Assembly (NCBI RefSeq): GCF_902713615.1
Contig: NC_052158.1
Span: 38,369,729-38,433,728, forward strand
Length of the DNA stretch: 64,000 nucleotides
From: Scyliorhinus canicula
Taxonomy: Eukaryota
Direction of reading: 5' to 3'
Of this stretch, positions 40,701 through 49,199 are shown one piece after another. The notes beneath the pieces were generated by a model. That model searched no databases and was not told the DNA's origin. It saw nothing but the letters and a program-made list of their open reading frames with translations. Each line of letters starts with the position of its first letter. Positions within the stretch are counted from its first letter, which is position 1. The translations under genes were made by a program, and so were the position numbers.

Positions 40701-41813
40701 GTCGATGACAATCTCCTTTGTTTTGTTGACATTGAGGGAGAGATTATTGTCATCGCACCAGTTCACCAGATTCTCCATCTCATTTCTATACTCTTTCTCG
40801 TCATTGTTTGAAATCCAAACCACTACGGTGGTGTCATCAGCAAATTTGAAAATCGAGTTGGAGGGGAATTTGGCCACACATTCATAGGTGTATAAGGACT
40901 ATAGTAGGGGGCTGAGGAAACAGCCTTGTGGGGCACCAGTGTTGAGGATGATCGGGGAGGTGGTGTTGTTGCCTATCTTTACTGATTGTGGCCTGTGGGT
41001 TAGAAAGTTCAGGATCCAGTCGCAGAGGGAGGAGCCGAGGCCAAGGCCACGGAATTTGGAGATGAGTTTCGTAGGAGTGATGGTGTTGAAGGCTGAGCTG
41101 CAGTTGATAAATAGGAGGCTGACATGGTGTCTTTGTTATCTAGGTGTTTCAGGGTAGAGTGCAGGGCCATGGAGATGGTGTCTGCTGTGGACCTGTTGCA
41201 GCGGTAGGCGAACTGTAGTGGATCAAGGCAATCTGGGAGGCTGGAGTTGATTCGTGCCATGACTGACCTTACACGAAACTCCAGCAGTTGTCTAGCGAGT
41301 GTCCTATACAGTCTCACCATTACATCTCTACTTGTGTGTTCAATACCTCATCTAACAAAGGAAAGCTTCCATGTGCTTTCCTGCCCATGTTGTCGACCTG
41401 CCCTGCCACCTTCAAGGACTTGTGGACATGCATTTCCTCAGCATCTTCCCATTTACTCAGTATTCCTCTGCTTTGTTTGCCCCCCTAAATACATAACAAA
41501 GCGCTTTTTCTGGATCAAATTACATTAGTCACTGCTCTGCTCACTCAACCAAAACCCATTGATATCATACTGGAAACGACAGCTATCTTTTTCACTATCA
41601 GCTTACAGTTTGTGTGTCATCTGCAAATTTTCCAATCTAGCCACCCATGTGTACTTGATGTTAAATGTGTGCCTCAGGTTTAGTGACCAACACAGTCGGG
41701 GAAATGCCCATTCTGATGACACTGAAAGTTAAGCAAACATCTAATTGGAGTTTCTGCCAGTCGACCTGCTGCATGTATGCTTGCTGGCAGCCACCCAGAG
41801 AATGCAGAAAACC

Positions 41814-41845
<32 letters not shown>

Positions 41846-44800
41846 ATAAATGGGGCCTCTCTCTATGCATTCTGCTGGCTACCACAGATCTCGAGAAATC
41901 CCTGTAATTCAGTACTGCTTCCCTCAAAGCTGGTTGCCACAGCGATAGTTAGTCAGGCCCACAGTTTCTTATCTGCCTTTGTGCCTCGCTACCATTGTGA
42001 CACAGGATCAACGATGAATGATTAGACCACAGTTTTACGGTATGTCTCTGCACCTCTACTGAAGATGATAATTTTGACAGAATCATTCCCATACAATTCC
42101 GAAAGTACAGAAGGAGCATTTGGCCATCAAATCTGTACCAAGCGTCGGAAAGAGCACCCTTTCCAGGCCACTCCCCCGCTCTAGCCCCATAACCCCCCCC
42201 CAAACTGCACATCTTTCGACACCAAGGAGCAATTGATCACAGCCAGTCCACCTAACCCACACACCTTTGGTACAAAGAGTAATTGATAATGACCAGTCCA
42301 CCCAACCTGCACACCTTTGGAGTGTGGGAGGAAACCAGAGCATCCGGAGGAAACCCATGCAGACACGGGGAGAAAGGGCAAACTCCAAAAAGACAGGCAG
42401 CCAAGGCTGGCATTGCTGGGCCCCTTTGTTGTAAGGCTGCTGTGCTAACCACTGTTGAACAATGGAAACTTGTAGTTGAGGCTAGATACAGATCACACCC
42501 ACATACTTTTTTTAAATATTTGTATTGAGATTTTTGTGGGTCTTTTTACAGAGTTTTCAAAAGGACCATACATTTACATCGGAATAGCCCTCTACCCCCT
42601 CCCCCAACCAATGTCGAATAACACCCCCACCCTGTCCTGACTATTTGTCCTCGCGAAATGCACAACAAATCGCTTTCTCTGGATTAAATTATATTAGCCA
42701 CTTCCCTGCCCACTCAATCAAAACCCACTGATATCACACTTCCTTTCCTCTGCAGGACCTTTTTGGAGATACTTGGATTCTCCTCTCCCCACCCCCCCTC
42801 CCTCCCTCCCCGCCACCTCCAGTCACCATGATCATTTTGTTAACTGTGTTGAAGGCGGCCTTCGGCATGTAGATTGATATTGATCAAAGAGGAACCTGGG
42901 CAGAACGTTCATCTTGATCATCGGCACCCTCCCTGCTACGGAGTGGGTCCCACCTCTGCAGGAATTTTTTTTACTTCCTCCACTAGATTGATCAGGTTCC
43001 ATTTGCAGATCTGTATCCAGCGTGTGCAATTTGGGTCCCCAGATAGCATCATCTGCATAGAGTGAAAATCGGATCTCTCTGGATTCCCTTTCAATTTGTT
43101 GCTGTTCTGAGGGCGATCAAAGTGGCTCAATTGTCTGGGTGAATAGGAGCGGGGATAGCAGGTATCCCTGCCTTGTGCTTCTGTGCAGCGGGAAGTATTC
43201 AGTGATGGTGGTGTTGGTCCGCACGCTCGCCATGTGGGCATTGTACAGGAGTTACACCCACGAGGTGAACCCTGCTCCCAGCGCAAATGGCTCTAGTAAC
43301 TCAATGAGGTACTTCCACTCAACTCTGTCACAGGCCTTTTCTGCATCCAGAGAAATAATCAACTCTAGTGTTCTCTCCCCGGGTGGGGGCATTATCGCAT
43401 TCAGCAGGTGCCTGTTGTTCGCTGTTAACTGTGTACCCTTGAGAAAGCCCGAATGATGTTCTTCAACCACTTCTAGTGCGCAGTTCTCCAGTCGCCTGAA
43501 TTTTTATGAGTACTTTTGCATCTACATTGAGCAGTGAGACAGGTCCGTAGGATCTACATTCGGTTGACTCGTTGTCTTACTTGTGTATCAGCAATATAGT
43601 GGCTTGTAAAGTGGCGTGTGCTAGCATTGGAGGCAAGGTGCCTCTTGCTAGCGAATGTGCAAACATCTCCCGCAGCTGTGGGGCCATTTCTGCCACATAT
43701 GTTTTGTAGAAGTCTGCCGGCAATCCATTTGGTCCCTGTGGCTTTGCCTCCTGCATGGAGCTGATGTTCTCCATGACATCTCCCAGTTCTAGCAGTGCTT
43801 ACAGCCCCATCCTCCTATATTCCTCCACCACTAGCATGTCTACTCCATTGAGGAATCCACGTCAGGGGGTTCAGAGACGTTCAGCCCTTGGTAAAAGGCG
43901 TTGAATGCTTCATTGACCTTTTTGGTTCGGCTACTAGTCTGCCGCATTAATCTAACCTGCGCTATTTCCCTTCTATCTGCCTGCTTTCTCAGCTGGTGAG
44001 CCAGCAGGCGGCTGGCTTTTCCTCTGTGCTCATAGAAGGTCCTCGTGTCTGCCAGAGTTGGTGGACAGCAGGTTAAATTCCATTTGTAGCTTTTTCCTCT
44101 CCACCTCAGAATACCACCTACCTCTCTCCAATATGGTGTCAATCAGTTGTTACCTAGCCGCCCTCTCTTCCCTGTCCCGGCACACTTTGTAAGTGATAAT
44201 CTCACCCCTGATCACAGACTTCAGCGCATCCCTAAACGTGGAGGATGAGACCTCTCTGCTCTGGTTGTTAGCTGTGTACATCTATGGCCTGTGATATTTT
44301 CTGGCAAAAGACCTTGTCGACCAGGAGAGCCGTGTCCAACCTCCATGGGGGGGGGGGGGGGGGGGGGGTCATTGGGCATGGCTCATCTCCAACCTCACTT
44401 CCATGCAGTGTGGAACGTGGTCGGAGATGGTGATCATGGAATATTCCATTCTTACTATTCCTGGAAGCACGATTTCCCCACCGCAAAGAAGTTAAAAAGG
44501 GTATAGACCCTCTCTACCTGTCAGAAGAATGAGAACTTCTTCTCCCTGGGTGCATGAATCTCCATAGATCCACTGCCCCCATCTGCACCATAAATGTCCC
44601 TAGTTCTCTTGCCACATTTACCGTCTTCACCTTTTTGGGGTTTCACCAGTCTGTTGGCGGGTCCTGTATACAGTTAAAGTCCACCCCATTCCATGATTAG
44701 TCTATGGATCTTTTTATGTTGGGGATTTCCGCCATGGTCATCTTTATAAATTCTGTGTTGTCCCAGTTGGGCACATACACATTCACCAGGACCGTGCTAA

Positions 44801-46941
44801 TCACGACGCACCGTTCACCCTGCTCTGTAACCATCCTCATCTTGGTAAATGCCGTACTCTTTACAAAGCAGTATGGCTACCCCACTAGCTCTCGTCCCAA
44901 TGCATGAATGGTACGTCTGTCCCACCAGCCCTTTCTGAAGGGCAGTCAATCCTTCTCCCTCAGGTGTGTCTCTTGGAGGAAGACTTTTCAGGTGGGCAAA
45001 GAATCTGGATATTTGTACTGGGCCATTAAGTCCTCTGACATTCCAGGTGACTATTATGATGGAGGAGGGGGTATGTTTCCCCTCTCCCCCCCCCCCCCCC
45101 CCTTGCGGGATCAAGCATACTTTCCCTGAGGATGCACCCCTCCATTCCGGTATTTCCATTTTTTAGGGGGCCACCCAAAATGGCCATGGTCACCGTACTC
45201 ACCATGAGGCTACACCTCTGCGCTCCAGGGTTTCCCTTTGTCCATGGGCCACCCAACATGGCTACCACCTATATGTATGCCATGTGGGTGAACCCCTGAA
45301 CTCCAGGCTTTCCCTTTTTTAATGGGCCATCCAAAACAGCCACGGCCACCGTACTCACCATGAGCCCAGTCCCTTGGCTTTGGGAGTTTTCTTTGTCCAG
45401 GAGCCATCCAACAAGGCCATGTGTATGTCATGTGGTTGAACCCCTGCACTCCAGATTTTCCCTTTGTTTGGGGATCCTCCAAAGTGGCTGTTTGTGGAGC
45501 CATTTTGTTACCTCTGTGGCCTTTGTAGCCAGCCTAGAACCCTTCCCCTTTGTCACTTTGATCTCCCCACAGTCCTGCTTCTCTCCCATTCTGCTAGCCC
45601 CACTTCCCTAATGTTGTCCCCCCTCTATTCTCCTACCCATCTGCCCCCCTAATTTTCCCCCTATTGGTGATGTACCTCTCTGCCTCCACCATGTCAGGCC
45701 CTCCTCCCTGATGGGAGATGCACCACTCCCCCTGCCTCATTCATACCCCCTGACACTAGCTTTCCTGCTAGTGTGGTGACCCCCGTCCTGGGATTGACCC
45801 AACTCCCTCTTCCACCCACTGCCTTAATTTCCGCTCTGTCTCCTCCTCACCCTCTCCTGTGCTTTGCTGTCGTCGCCCCTTCCTTTCCGTGTACTGGTTC
45901 CCGGTTTCAGAGTGAGGCGGTACAGACCACGCAAATTGTCCTTTATCGTTCTTCGTCTTTCAGGCGTCTGCCTCTGCTGCTGTTGGCCATTCTTTTGGAT
46001 GAACTCATCTGCGTACGCAGGGGTGGTAAAATAATGTTCCCTGCCTTGGTACGTGACCCAAAATCTGGTTTGGTACAACATCCCGAACTTCACTTCGCTC
46101 ATGTTCTGGGCCAACTTTATTAAATTCTGCCCCCTGCTTTTCCCGCTGGGAAGGTGCGCTCTCCACAAGGGCTCCAAGAATCATTGTACCCGGCGATGTC
46201 CTCGGATTTAAAATCACAGGCAACCCGCACCCCGAAATGCAAAAAAACACGACGTCAACCATGAGACTATCTGGTTGTTAGTGCATTGTTATTACTGGGT
46301 CTATTCCTACTGCCTGCCTTATAGCACAACAGCGAGTGCATTTCAATAACACGCCATTGGCTGTTAAAGGGCACACACTCCGTGGGTCAACGCACACCAA
46401 GGGGTTACACCGAAGTTAAACCTCTTTGAGCGCGGATGCACCACAAGTGTTGGAGATGACATTTAAATACACATTATAAACATCACCTGAAATGGCAAGA
46501 GTGGTGCGGTACCCACTGGATTCAGAGAAAGCATGGCAAATCCTGCAATGTCAAATTTGAACCGTTCTGTAACGTACTATTTCATATTTTCAGTATAATG
46601 TATATTGCGGGTCCGAAGCTTTGGGACGTCCGAGAAAGGCCCTATGTAAATGCAAGTTTTACAATGGAGCAAGGGTAAACTTTGCACCATCACACGCGAT
46701 CGGAATCTGGGGAAAATACAATAAAAAGGCAGGGTTAATCACTTCACTTGCACAGAAAGTATTCCGTTCCTCAAACTGAAAACATCAGCCAGCTGCAGTC
46801 TATAATCCGGTAAAACGAGTCTTGTGCGTGTCGACGTTAAATAAAGCGGCCGGAACAAGAGGACTTACCAGCCAGGGCTGTTTGCACCCGATTGAAACAC
46901 AGCAAAAGTGCCAGAAACACGCCTGGGTCTCCACATGCCAT
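1629..46941 (-). CDS. Nonclassical MHC class I heavy chain gene, spliced: join(46869-46941, 17727-17987, 11783-12058, 11288-11554, 1629-1733, + unresolved cytoplasmic exon)
   Basis: Five exons (73+261+276+267+105 = 982 bp) with canonical AG/GT sites, all phase 1, join into one open frame: signal peptide, alpha1 (SHSLLY...YW...NQT), alpha2 (GCE...AYDG...KW...C), C1-set alpha3 (C..GFYP....W...Y.C...H) and a TM helix. This is the standard class I exon layout. Confidence 0.92.
1772..1946 (+). mobile_element. HE1-like SINE, 3' partial
   Basis: caggttaggtggattggc...gatgggccgaatggcctcc is shared with the full copies. Confidence 0.75.
2075..2845 (+). mobile_element. CR1 LINE 3' fragment (RT C-terminus and 3' tail)
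   Basis: ORF 2011-2664 contains [15 protein letters not shown]...[10 protein letters not shown], homologous to ORF2 at 21489; simple-repeat tail gttcttt. Confidence 0.9.
2950..3455 (+). mobile_element. Old CR1 fragment interrupted by a SINE; its 3' end probably resumes at about 9530-9630 after an L1 insertion
   Basis: The peptide [16 protein letters not shown]...[10 protein letters not shown] is encoded here. The sequence continues across the SINE target-site duplication. Confidence 0.7.
3164..3391 (+). mobile_element. tRNA-derived SINE (HE1-type head) with poly(A) tail and 15-bp TSD
   Basis: A box TGGCACAGTGG, B box GGTTCGAATCC, A-tail, and the direct repeat aaagacacttagtcc at 3149-3163 and 3392-3406. 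Confidence 0.92.
3456..9430 (+). mobile_element. Degraded near-full-length L1/Tx1-clade LINE, split by a CR1 insertion at 4052-6125
   Basis: ORF1-like [21 protein letters not shown] before the insertion and YQDLAAEF...FGVLYP after it. ORF2 remnants ([21 protein letters not shown]) lie at 6850-9400 with many stops and frameshifts. Confidence 0.8.
4052..6125 (-). mobile_element. Young 5'-truncated CR1 LINE (RT domain, FADD intact, two frameshifts)
   Basis: ORFs 4335-5669 and 5666-6475 contain [26 protein letters not shown] and KFADD. Frameshifts lie near 5690 and 4350. The tail is (cataagaa)-like at 4052. Confidence 0.95.
9782..10255 (+). mobile_element. Degraded HE1-like SINE with partial tandem body copies
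   Basis: Head cacagtggtagcactgttgcctcacagc...gggttcaattcc, then a repeated ggtgaattggccatgctaaatt motif. Confidence 0.7.
10348..10528. mobile_element. Penelope-like pseudo-LTR fragment arranged as an inverted repeat, with a minimal hammerhead motif in the loop
   Basis: 57-bp perfect inverted arms at 10382-10438 and 10472-10528. The spacer and arm junction carry CAC-CTGAAGA-A-GGAGC-CGT-GCTCC-GAAA-GC-TC-GTG. Related copies are at 18445-18532 and 50010-50155. Confidence 0.7.
10442..10476 (+). ncRNA. Minimal type I hammerhead ribozyme-like motif
   Basis: CUGANGA core, stem II GGAGC/GCUCC, GAAA, palindromic mini stem III (AGCU), UC cleavage site and 3-bp stem I CAC/GUG. It has one extra A before stem II. 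Confidence 0.55.
11288..11554 (-). CDS. MHC class I alpha3 exon, Ig C1-set ([89 protein letters not shown])
   Basis: Acceptor gccatccag|TT, donor G|GTAAGA, 267 bp. C1-set motifs [18 protein letters not shown] and YSCHIEH. Confidence 0.95.
11783..12058 (-). CDS. MHC class I alpha2 exon ([92 protein letters not shown])
   Basis: Hand-translated because it is absent from the ORF track. Acceptor atatttcag|G, donor G|GTAAGT, 276 bp, no stops. Contains the C101/C164 pair, Q96, AYDG, W133 and K146-W147. Confidence 0.93.
12661..13008 (+). mobile_element. Young CR1 3' end, nearly identical to the reverse complement of 4052-4400
   Basis: About 4 differences in roughly 335 bp by eye; (gttcttat) tail. 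Confidence 0.92.
13070..13400 (-). mobile_element. Diverged HE1-like SINE
   Basis: Reverse complement of the SINE body and head (ggccaatccacctaa...cgaacctgggtccc...tgctaaccactgtgcc). Confidence 0.75.
13440..14795 (+). mobile_element. L1/Tx1 3' fragment
   Basis: C-terminal [15 protein letters not shown] motif, G-rich 3' UTR, AATAAA and A-rich tail. Confidence 0.8.
15186..15615. repeat. 54-bp minisatellite, about 8 copies
   Basis: Unit ctgcagcagccatacacacactaacccaggcctttaacccttactgcaccatga; it translates as an 18-aa periodicity in ORF 15122-15664. Confidence 0.95.
15735..16295 (+). mobile_element. HE1-like SINE (15735-16053) plus a second partial copy (about 16105-16295)
   Basis: Head gggcagcacgg, B box ggttcaattcc, CR1-like tail gggccgaatggcctcc...ctgtaaattctat. 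Confidence 0.88.
16790..17590 (+). mobile_element. Old CR1 3' fragment
   Basis: Degenerate match to the CR1 RT C-terminus (aaatgtgaagtgattcatttt...cagttctggcaccacac...). Confidence 0.65.
17727..17987 (-). CDS. MHC class I alpha1 exon ([87 protein letters not shown])
   Basis: Acceptor tttgtcctag|TG, donor A|GTGAGT, 261 bp. SHS, Y7, LDG, PR..W, Y59-W60 and the N86 sequon NQT match class I alpha1. Confidence 0.93.
18445..18870 (+). mobile_element. Penelope-like remnants: hammerhead-type pseudo-LTR (18445-18532) and GIY-YIG endonuclease fragment (about 18704-18860)
   Basis: 18704-18745 translates to [14 protein letters not shown], a GIY-YIG YIGET motif, and is frameshifted downstream. Confidence 0.65.
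20584..21386 (+). pseudogene. CR1 ORF1 (zinc finger + SGNH esterase), frameshifted
   Basis: Split across ORFs 20557-20931 and 20904-21386 by a slip in the G run near 20907-20917, with a second shift near 21330. Confidence 0.85.
21489..24392 (+). CDS. CR1 ORF2, APE endonuclease + reverse transcriptase (967 aa) with the catalytic motif mutated to FADG
   Basis: YFNARSI, ISETW, MGDFN and SDHN endonuclease motifs; RT motifs QGSVLGP and KFADG (codon GGC at 23592-23594). Confidence 0.95.
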   Translation: MGGFKLIQQGHGNLDCSFGVREIESIEVRSTDLTSKEGASVQVGGLKCVYFNARSIRNKVGELAAWVGTWDFDVVAISETWIEQGQEWLLQVPGFRCFSKLREGGKRGASVALLVKDSITVAERMLDGDSSSEVVWAEVRNRKGEVTLLGVFYRPPNSSRDVEERMAKMILEKSESNRVVVMGDFNFPNIDWKRYSSSTLDGSFFVQCVQEGFLTQYVDSPTRGEATLDLVLGNEPGQVLDLEVGEHFGNSDHNSVTFTLVMERDKYTPQGKSYSWGKGNYDAIRHDLGCVGWRSRLQGLGTLDMWSLFKEQLLHVLDKYVPVRQGGRGRAREPWFTKEVESLVKRKKEAYVKMRREVSVGALDSYKEARKDLKRELRRARRGHEKSLAGRIKENPKAFYRYVRNKRMTRVRVGPVKDSGGKLCVEAEEISEILNEYFSSVFTQEKDNIVEENAETQAIRIDGIEVRREEVLAILDKVKIDKSPGPDGIYPRILWEAREEIAEPLALIFRSSLATGIVPEDWRIANVVPLFKKGSRDNPGNYRPVSLTSVVGKVLERIIKDTIYNHLDRNNMIRDSQHGFVKGRSCLTNLIEFFEKVTEQVDEGRAVDVVYMDFSKAFDKVPHGQLLQKIRRLGIEGDLEMWIRNWLVERRQRVVVDGKCSEWSSVTSGVPQGSVLGPLLFVIFINDLEEGAEGWVSKFADGTKVGGVVDSAEGCCRLQRDIDKLQSWAERWQMEFNVEKCEVIHFGKNNRNAEYLANGKILGSVDEQRDLGVHVHRSLKVATQVDRVVKKAYGVLAFIGRGIEFRSHEVMLQLYKTLVRPHLEYCVQFWSPHYRKDVEALERVQRRFTRMLPGMEGKSYEERLMDLRLFSLERRRLRGDLIEAYKMIRGLDRVDSESLLPRMEVASTRGHSLKLRGNRYRTEVRGGFFTQRVVRPWNALPATVVNTPTLRAFKNLLDKHMDDKGIV
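24794..24977 (+). mobile_element. Second tRNA-derived SINE family (ggggctggtttagctca head, (tttca)n tail)
   Basis: A/B-box-like motifs. Near-identical copies at 31503-31689 (-), 33194-33300 (-, partial), 51504-51693 (+) and 54696-54880 (-). Confidence 0.88.
25020..25930 (-). mobile_element. Probable solo LTR
   Basis: On the minus strand it ends ...GGACATCA with AATAAA about 70 bp before the end; LTR-like composition. The 5' boundary is uncertain. Confidence 0.4.
26218..26442 (+). mobile_element. Short Gypsy-type solo LTR
   Basis: TATAAA, then ATTAAA, ending ggtcgcatca. The 5' boundary and TSD were not resolved. Confidence 0.5.
26470..27540 (-). mobile_element. Old CR1 and CR1/L2-clade LINE fragments
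   Basis: Reverse similarity to the CR1 3' ends and to 50600-52440. Confidence 0.55.
27998..28750 (-). mobile_element. Solo LTR-like element
   Basis: The minus strand begins TGTGATAAATG and ends ...GTTGTCATA. A homologous fragmented copy lies at 12240-15660. Confidence 0.55.
28775..29862 (+). mobile_element. L1/Tx1 3' fragment with GA-rich 3' UTR
   Basis: Homologous to 14200-14500; ends aataaaaacattctttgaaaaaaa. Confidence 0.75.
30066..30255 (+). mobile_element. Short A-tailed HE1-head SINE variant
   Basis: Same structure as 3164-3391; another copy lies at 56362-56575. Confidence 0.75.
30540..31000 (-). mobile_element. CR1/L2-clade LINE 3' fragment
   Basis: Same family as 35540-36060 (+), 47540-47810 and 50600-52440 (-). 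Confidence 0.7.
31503..31689 (-). mobile_element. Second-family tRNA-derived SINE
   Basis: Reverse complement of 24794-24977. Confidence 0.88.
31734..32972. mobile_element. Solo LTR-like element bounded by TGT...ACA
   Basis: Starts tgttatgac and ends ttgttaca (short terminal inverted motif). No clear TSD. Confidence 0.5.
32975..33120. repeat. Degenerate (TG)n microsatellite; a similar tract lies at 33870-33990
   Basis: Seen directly in the sequence. Confidence 0.8.
33120..33625 (+). mobile_element. CR1 3' fragment with an internal SINE fragment
   Basis: Homologous to CR1 3' ends; second-family SINE piece at 33194-33300. Confidence 0.7.
34102..34796. mobile_element. GC-rich non-autonomous DNA transposon (MITE), probably PIF/Harbinger
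   Basis: TIRs gggcggcattctcc / ggagaattttgccc and an apparent 3-bp TSD CAT (34099-34101, 34797-34799). Internal 26-bp perfect palindrome arms. Confidence 0.7.
35050..35393 (+). mobile_element. Young full-length HE1-like SINE
   Basis: Complete head, body and CR1-like tail. Confidence 0.92.
35540..36060 (+). mobile_element. CR1/L2-clade LINE 3' fragment
   Basis: Ends with gggcaataaatgctggcc, the family tail seen in other copies. Confidence 0.7.
36104..36448 (-). mobile_element. Young full-length HE1-like SINE
   Basis: Reverse complement of 35050-35393 with few differences. Confidence 0.92.
36790..37450. promoter_or_regulatory. Candidate intronic immune enhancer (NF-kB, Ets and IRF motifs)
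   Basis: Perfect GGGAAATTCC at 36802-36811, GAGGAAG just 3' of it, and GAAGTGAAAGT (minus) at 37437-37447, in one of the few apparently non-repeat stretches of intron 1. Motif match only. Confidence 0.3.
38310..38800 (+). mobile_element. CR1 3' fragment
   Basis: ORF 38558-38740 [18 protein letters not shown] matches the CR1 C-terminus. Confidence 0.8.
38906..39568. mobile_element. GC-rich MITE related to 34102-34796, in the opposite orientation
   Basis: TIRs gggcgggattct / agaaatcctgccc; internal gggcccgcgatcggggccc is the reverse complement of about 34460-34490. Confidence 0.65.
40018..41262 (-). mobile_element. Rex1/Babar-type LINE 3' fragment
   Basis: [28 protein letters not shown] and [19 protein letters not shown] are typical of Rex1/Babar RT; frameshifted. 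Confidence 0.8.
42100..42455 (-). mobile_element. Diverged SINE (HE1-like body)
   Basis: ccacctaaccc...ggaggaaaccagagca...gtgctaaccactg. Confidence 0.65.
42490..46215 (-). mobile_element. Degraded L1/Tx1-clade LINE (ORF1 3' part, spacer with about 90-bp repeats, ORF2 remnants)
   Basis: [17 protein letters not shown] (ORF1), WNVRGLNGP (endonuclease), [13 protein letters not shown] and [13 protein letters not shown] (RT). Confidence 0.82.
46869..46941 (-). CDS. MHC class I exon 1 (signal peptide) [24 protein letters not shown]
   Basis: ATG at 46941 in a strong Kozak context (gggATGG), hydrophobic core VFLALLLCF, small-residue cleavage motif ALA, then donor G|GTAAGT in phase 1. G+TG gives Val1 of alpha1. 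This frame is not in the ORF track. Confidence 0.78.
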
Positions 46942-47150
46942 CCCTTCCAGCGACCGATTAAACTCGAGTAAACTTGGACTCCTTCAAAGAAGCTGAGCTG
47001 AGCTGAGCTTCCCTCACAAGCGGTCAATGAGAGTCCCTGTCGTCCAATTGCAATCAAAAGCTGCTGAGCCGTCACTGGTTTCGCTTCCGAAGCTGGTTCA
47101 CAGTCCAATGTCTGCCCTGCAATCCAGCAGTGGACATCCTGGGGCGGGTG
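46942..47150 (-). promoter_or_regulatory. Putative class I promoter: ISRE/EICE-like site, CRE half-site, two inverted CCAAT (Y-box-like) sites, GC box
   Basis: On the minus strand: GGAAGCGAAACC (47077-47088), TGACG (47070-47074), ATTGG at 47044-47048 and 47105-47109, GGGGCGGG at 47141-47148. This is CpG-containing non-repeat sequence directly upstream of the leader ATG. Confidence 0.55.
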
Positions 47151-48189
47151 GCCTTCGGCGTTAAAGCTTTTTCAAAGAAGTGTTTTTTTAAAAATCAACT
47201 GGTTGAAGCATCAAATGCAGTCTACAACTGGCGTTCAGATCACGGCAATTGTCATCCGAAAGGGCAATTTTAGCCTACCCCAAATTCAACCCAACGATTT
47301 AAAAATGAAGAGTTCTAAATAGCAGAGTTCTGAACAGTGTGCTGGTATAGAGTGGCCTGGAAGTGTCGGTGCATCCACTTTCAATGTGCCGTGGCATTTT
47401 GCGCAATTTCTGCAAAATATGCGGAATCTTGGGCTTCATTACTAAAGGAATTGAGTACACAAGCAGGGAGGTTATACTGAATCTTTATGAAGCTTAGGTT
47501 AGGCTACAGCTAGGCAGCAGCTTCCAAACTCAGCGCCAAACAGATTGGACACGGGCAGCAGATCGGTGGGAATACCACCACCTGGAAGTTCCCTTCCAAG
47601 TTTCAGTATCCTGACTTGGAATTATATCGCTGTTCCTTCACTGTAGCTGCGTCAGAATCCTGGAGCTCCCACCCTAACAGCACATGGGGTGTGCCTGCAC
47701 CACATGGACTGCAGCGGTTCAAGGTGGCAGCTCACGCCACCTAATCAAAGACAATGAATGCTGCTTACCTTGTCAGTGATGCCCGTATCTTGTAAGTGTA
47801 TTTAAAACCTAGTGTCCAGTTCTGGTCACCACATCAAGAAGGATGTGATGGACCTTTGAGAGGGTGAAGAGGAGATTCACTGGGCTCCTTCCAGTTTTAG
47901 TGAAAAGGTTAGAGTGGAAAAACTGTTGTTCTGCTTGGAGCAAAGGGGATTGAGGGAAGATTTAATATTCATGCACAATATTATGACAGGTTTAGATAAG
48001 GTACACAACGAAAAGCCATTCCCACCAGCTGGTGTTACAAAGTCTTGGGGACACAGATATAAGGGCCTATGTAATGTACTCCAAGATCTGGAGCGTTTCT
48101 CCCTTCACCGAGCCTATAATGGCATGCGATGCCATTGGGTGCCATTTACAACATCATCATGCCAATTTCCGATAAGAGAGTCACGGAAT

Positions 48190-49130
48190 TGTTACGGAGC
48201 AGAAGGAGGCCATTCGGCCCATCATGTCTGTACCAGCTCCCAAATGAGCATCATACCTTATTCGTTTTCCCCTCTACCCTGTACATTGTTTCAATTCAAA
48301 TCATCATCTCATGCCCTGTTGAATGCTTTTTTTTCATAGAATTTACAGTGCAGAAGGAGGCAATTCGGCCTATCGAGTCTGCACCAGCTCCTGGAAAGAG
48401 CACCCTACCCAAGGCCAACACCTCCACCCTATCCCCATAACCCAGTAACCCCACCCAACACTAAGGGCAATTTATCATGTCCAATCCACCTAACTTGCAC
48501 ATCTTTGGACTGTGGGAGGAAACCGGAGCACCCGGAGGAAACCCACGCACACACGGGGAGGATGTGCAGACTCCGCACAGACAGTGACCCAAGCCGGAAT
48601 CGAACCTGGGACCCTGGAGCTGTGAAGCCATTGTGCTATCCACAATGCTACCATGCTGCCCTTTGATTGACCTGCCACATTTCCAGATCCGAACCATTGA
48701 CTGTGTGAGAAAGTTTTTTCTCACATCACATTTCCTTCTTTTACAAATCACTTTAAGTACATGCCATTAAGTTCTTGATCCTTTTACTAACGGGAACAAT
48801 TTCTGCCTGTCTACTCTGTCCAGTCCCCTCATGATTTTGAACATTTCTATCAAATCTCCTCTTAGCCTTCTACTCTCCAAGGAAGACAGACCTGACCTCT
48901 CCAATCTATCCTCATAACCAAAGTTTCTCATCCCTGTAACTATTCCTGTGAACCTTGTCTGCACTCTCTCCAGTGTGTTTACATCCTTCCTGTAGTGTGG
49001 CACCCAGAACTATGAATAATATTCCAGCTGAGGTCTAACTAGTGTCTTGCATAAGTTTAGCATAACCCCCTTTGCCTTTGCCTTTGCCAATAAAGCTTTA
49101 TTAATTCTCTCTCCACCTGTTTGGCCACCT
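48190..49130 (-). mobile_element. CR1 3' fragment with a nested young HE1-like SINE (48335-48661)
   Basis: ORF 48767-49003 is the CR1 C-terminus; the SINE is near-identical to 36104-36448. Confidence 0.85.
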
Positions 49131-49199
49131 TAACTGATCACTGCACATATACACCCAGCATTAACCTCTGTACATGGCCTTCTCCAATCTCGTAAAGGC

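Noticed and set aside
46800-47108. 102-aa ORF over the promoter
   Set aside because: It is in a different frame from the signal peptide and has no recognisable protein features; it simply overlaps exon 1.
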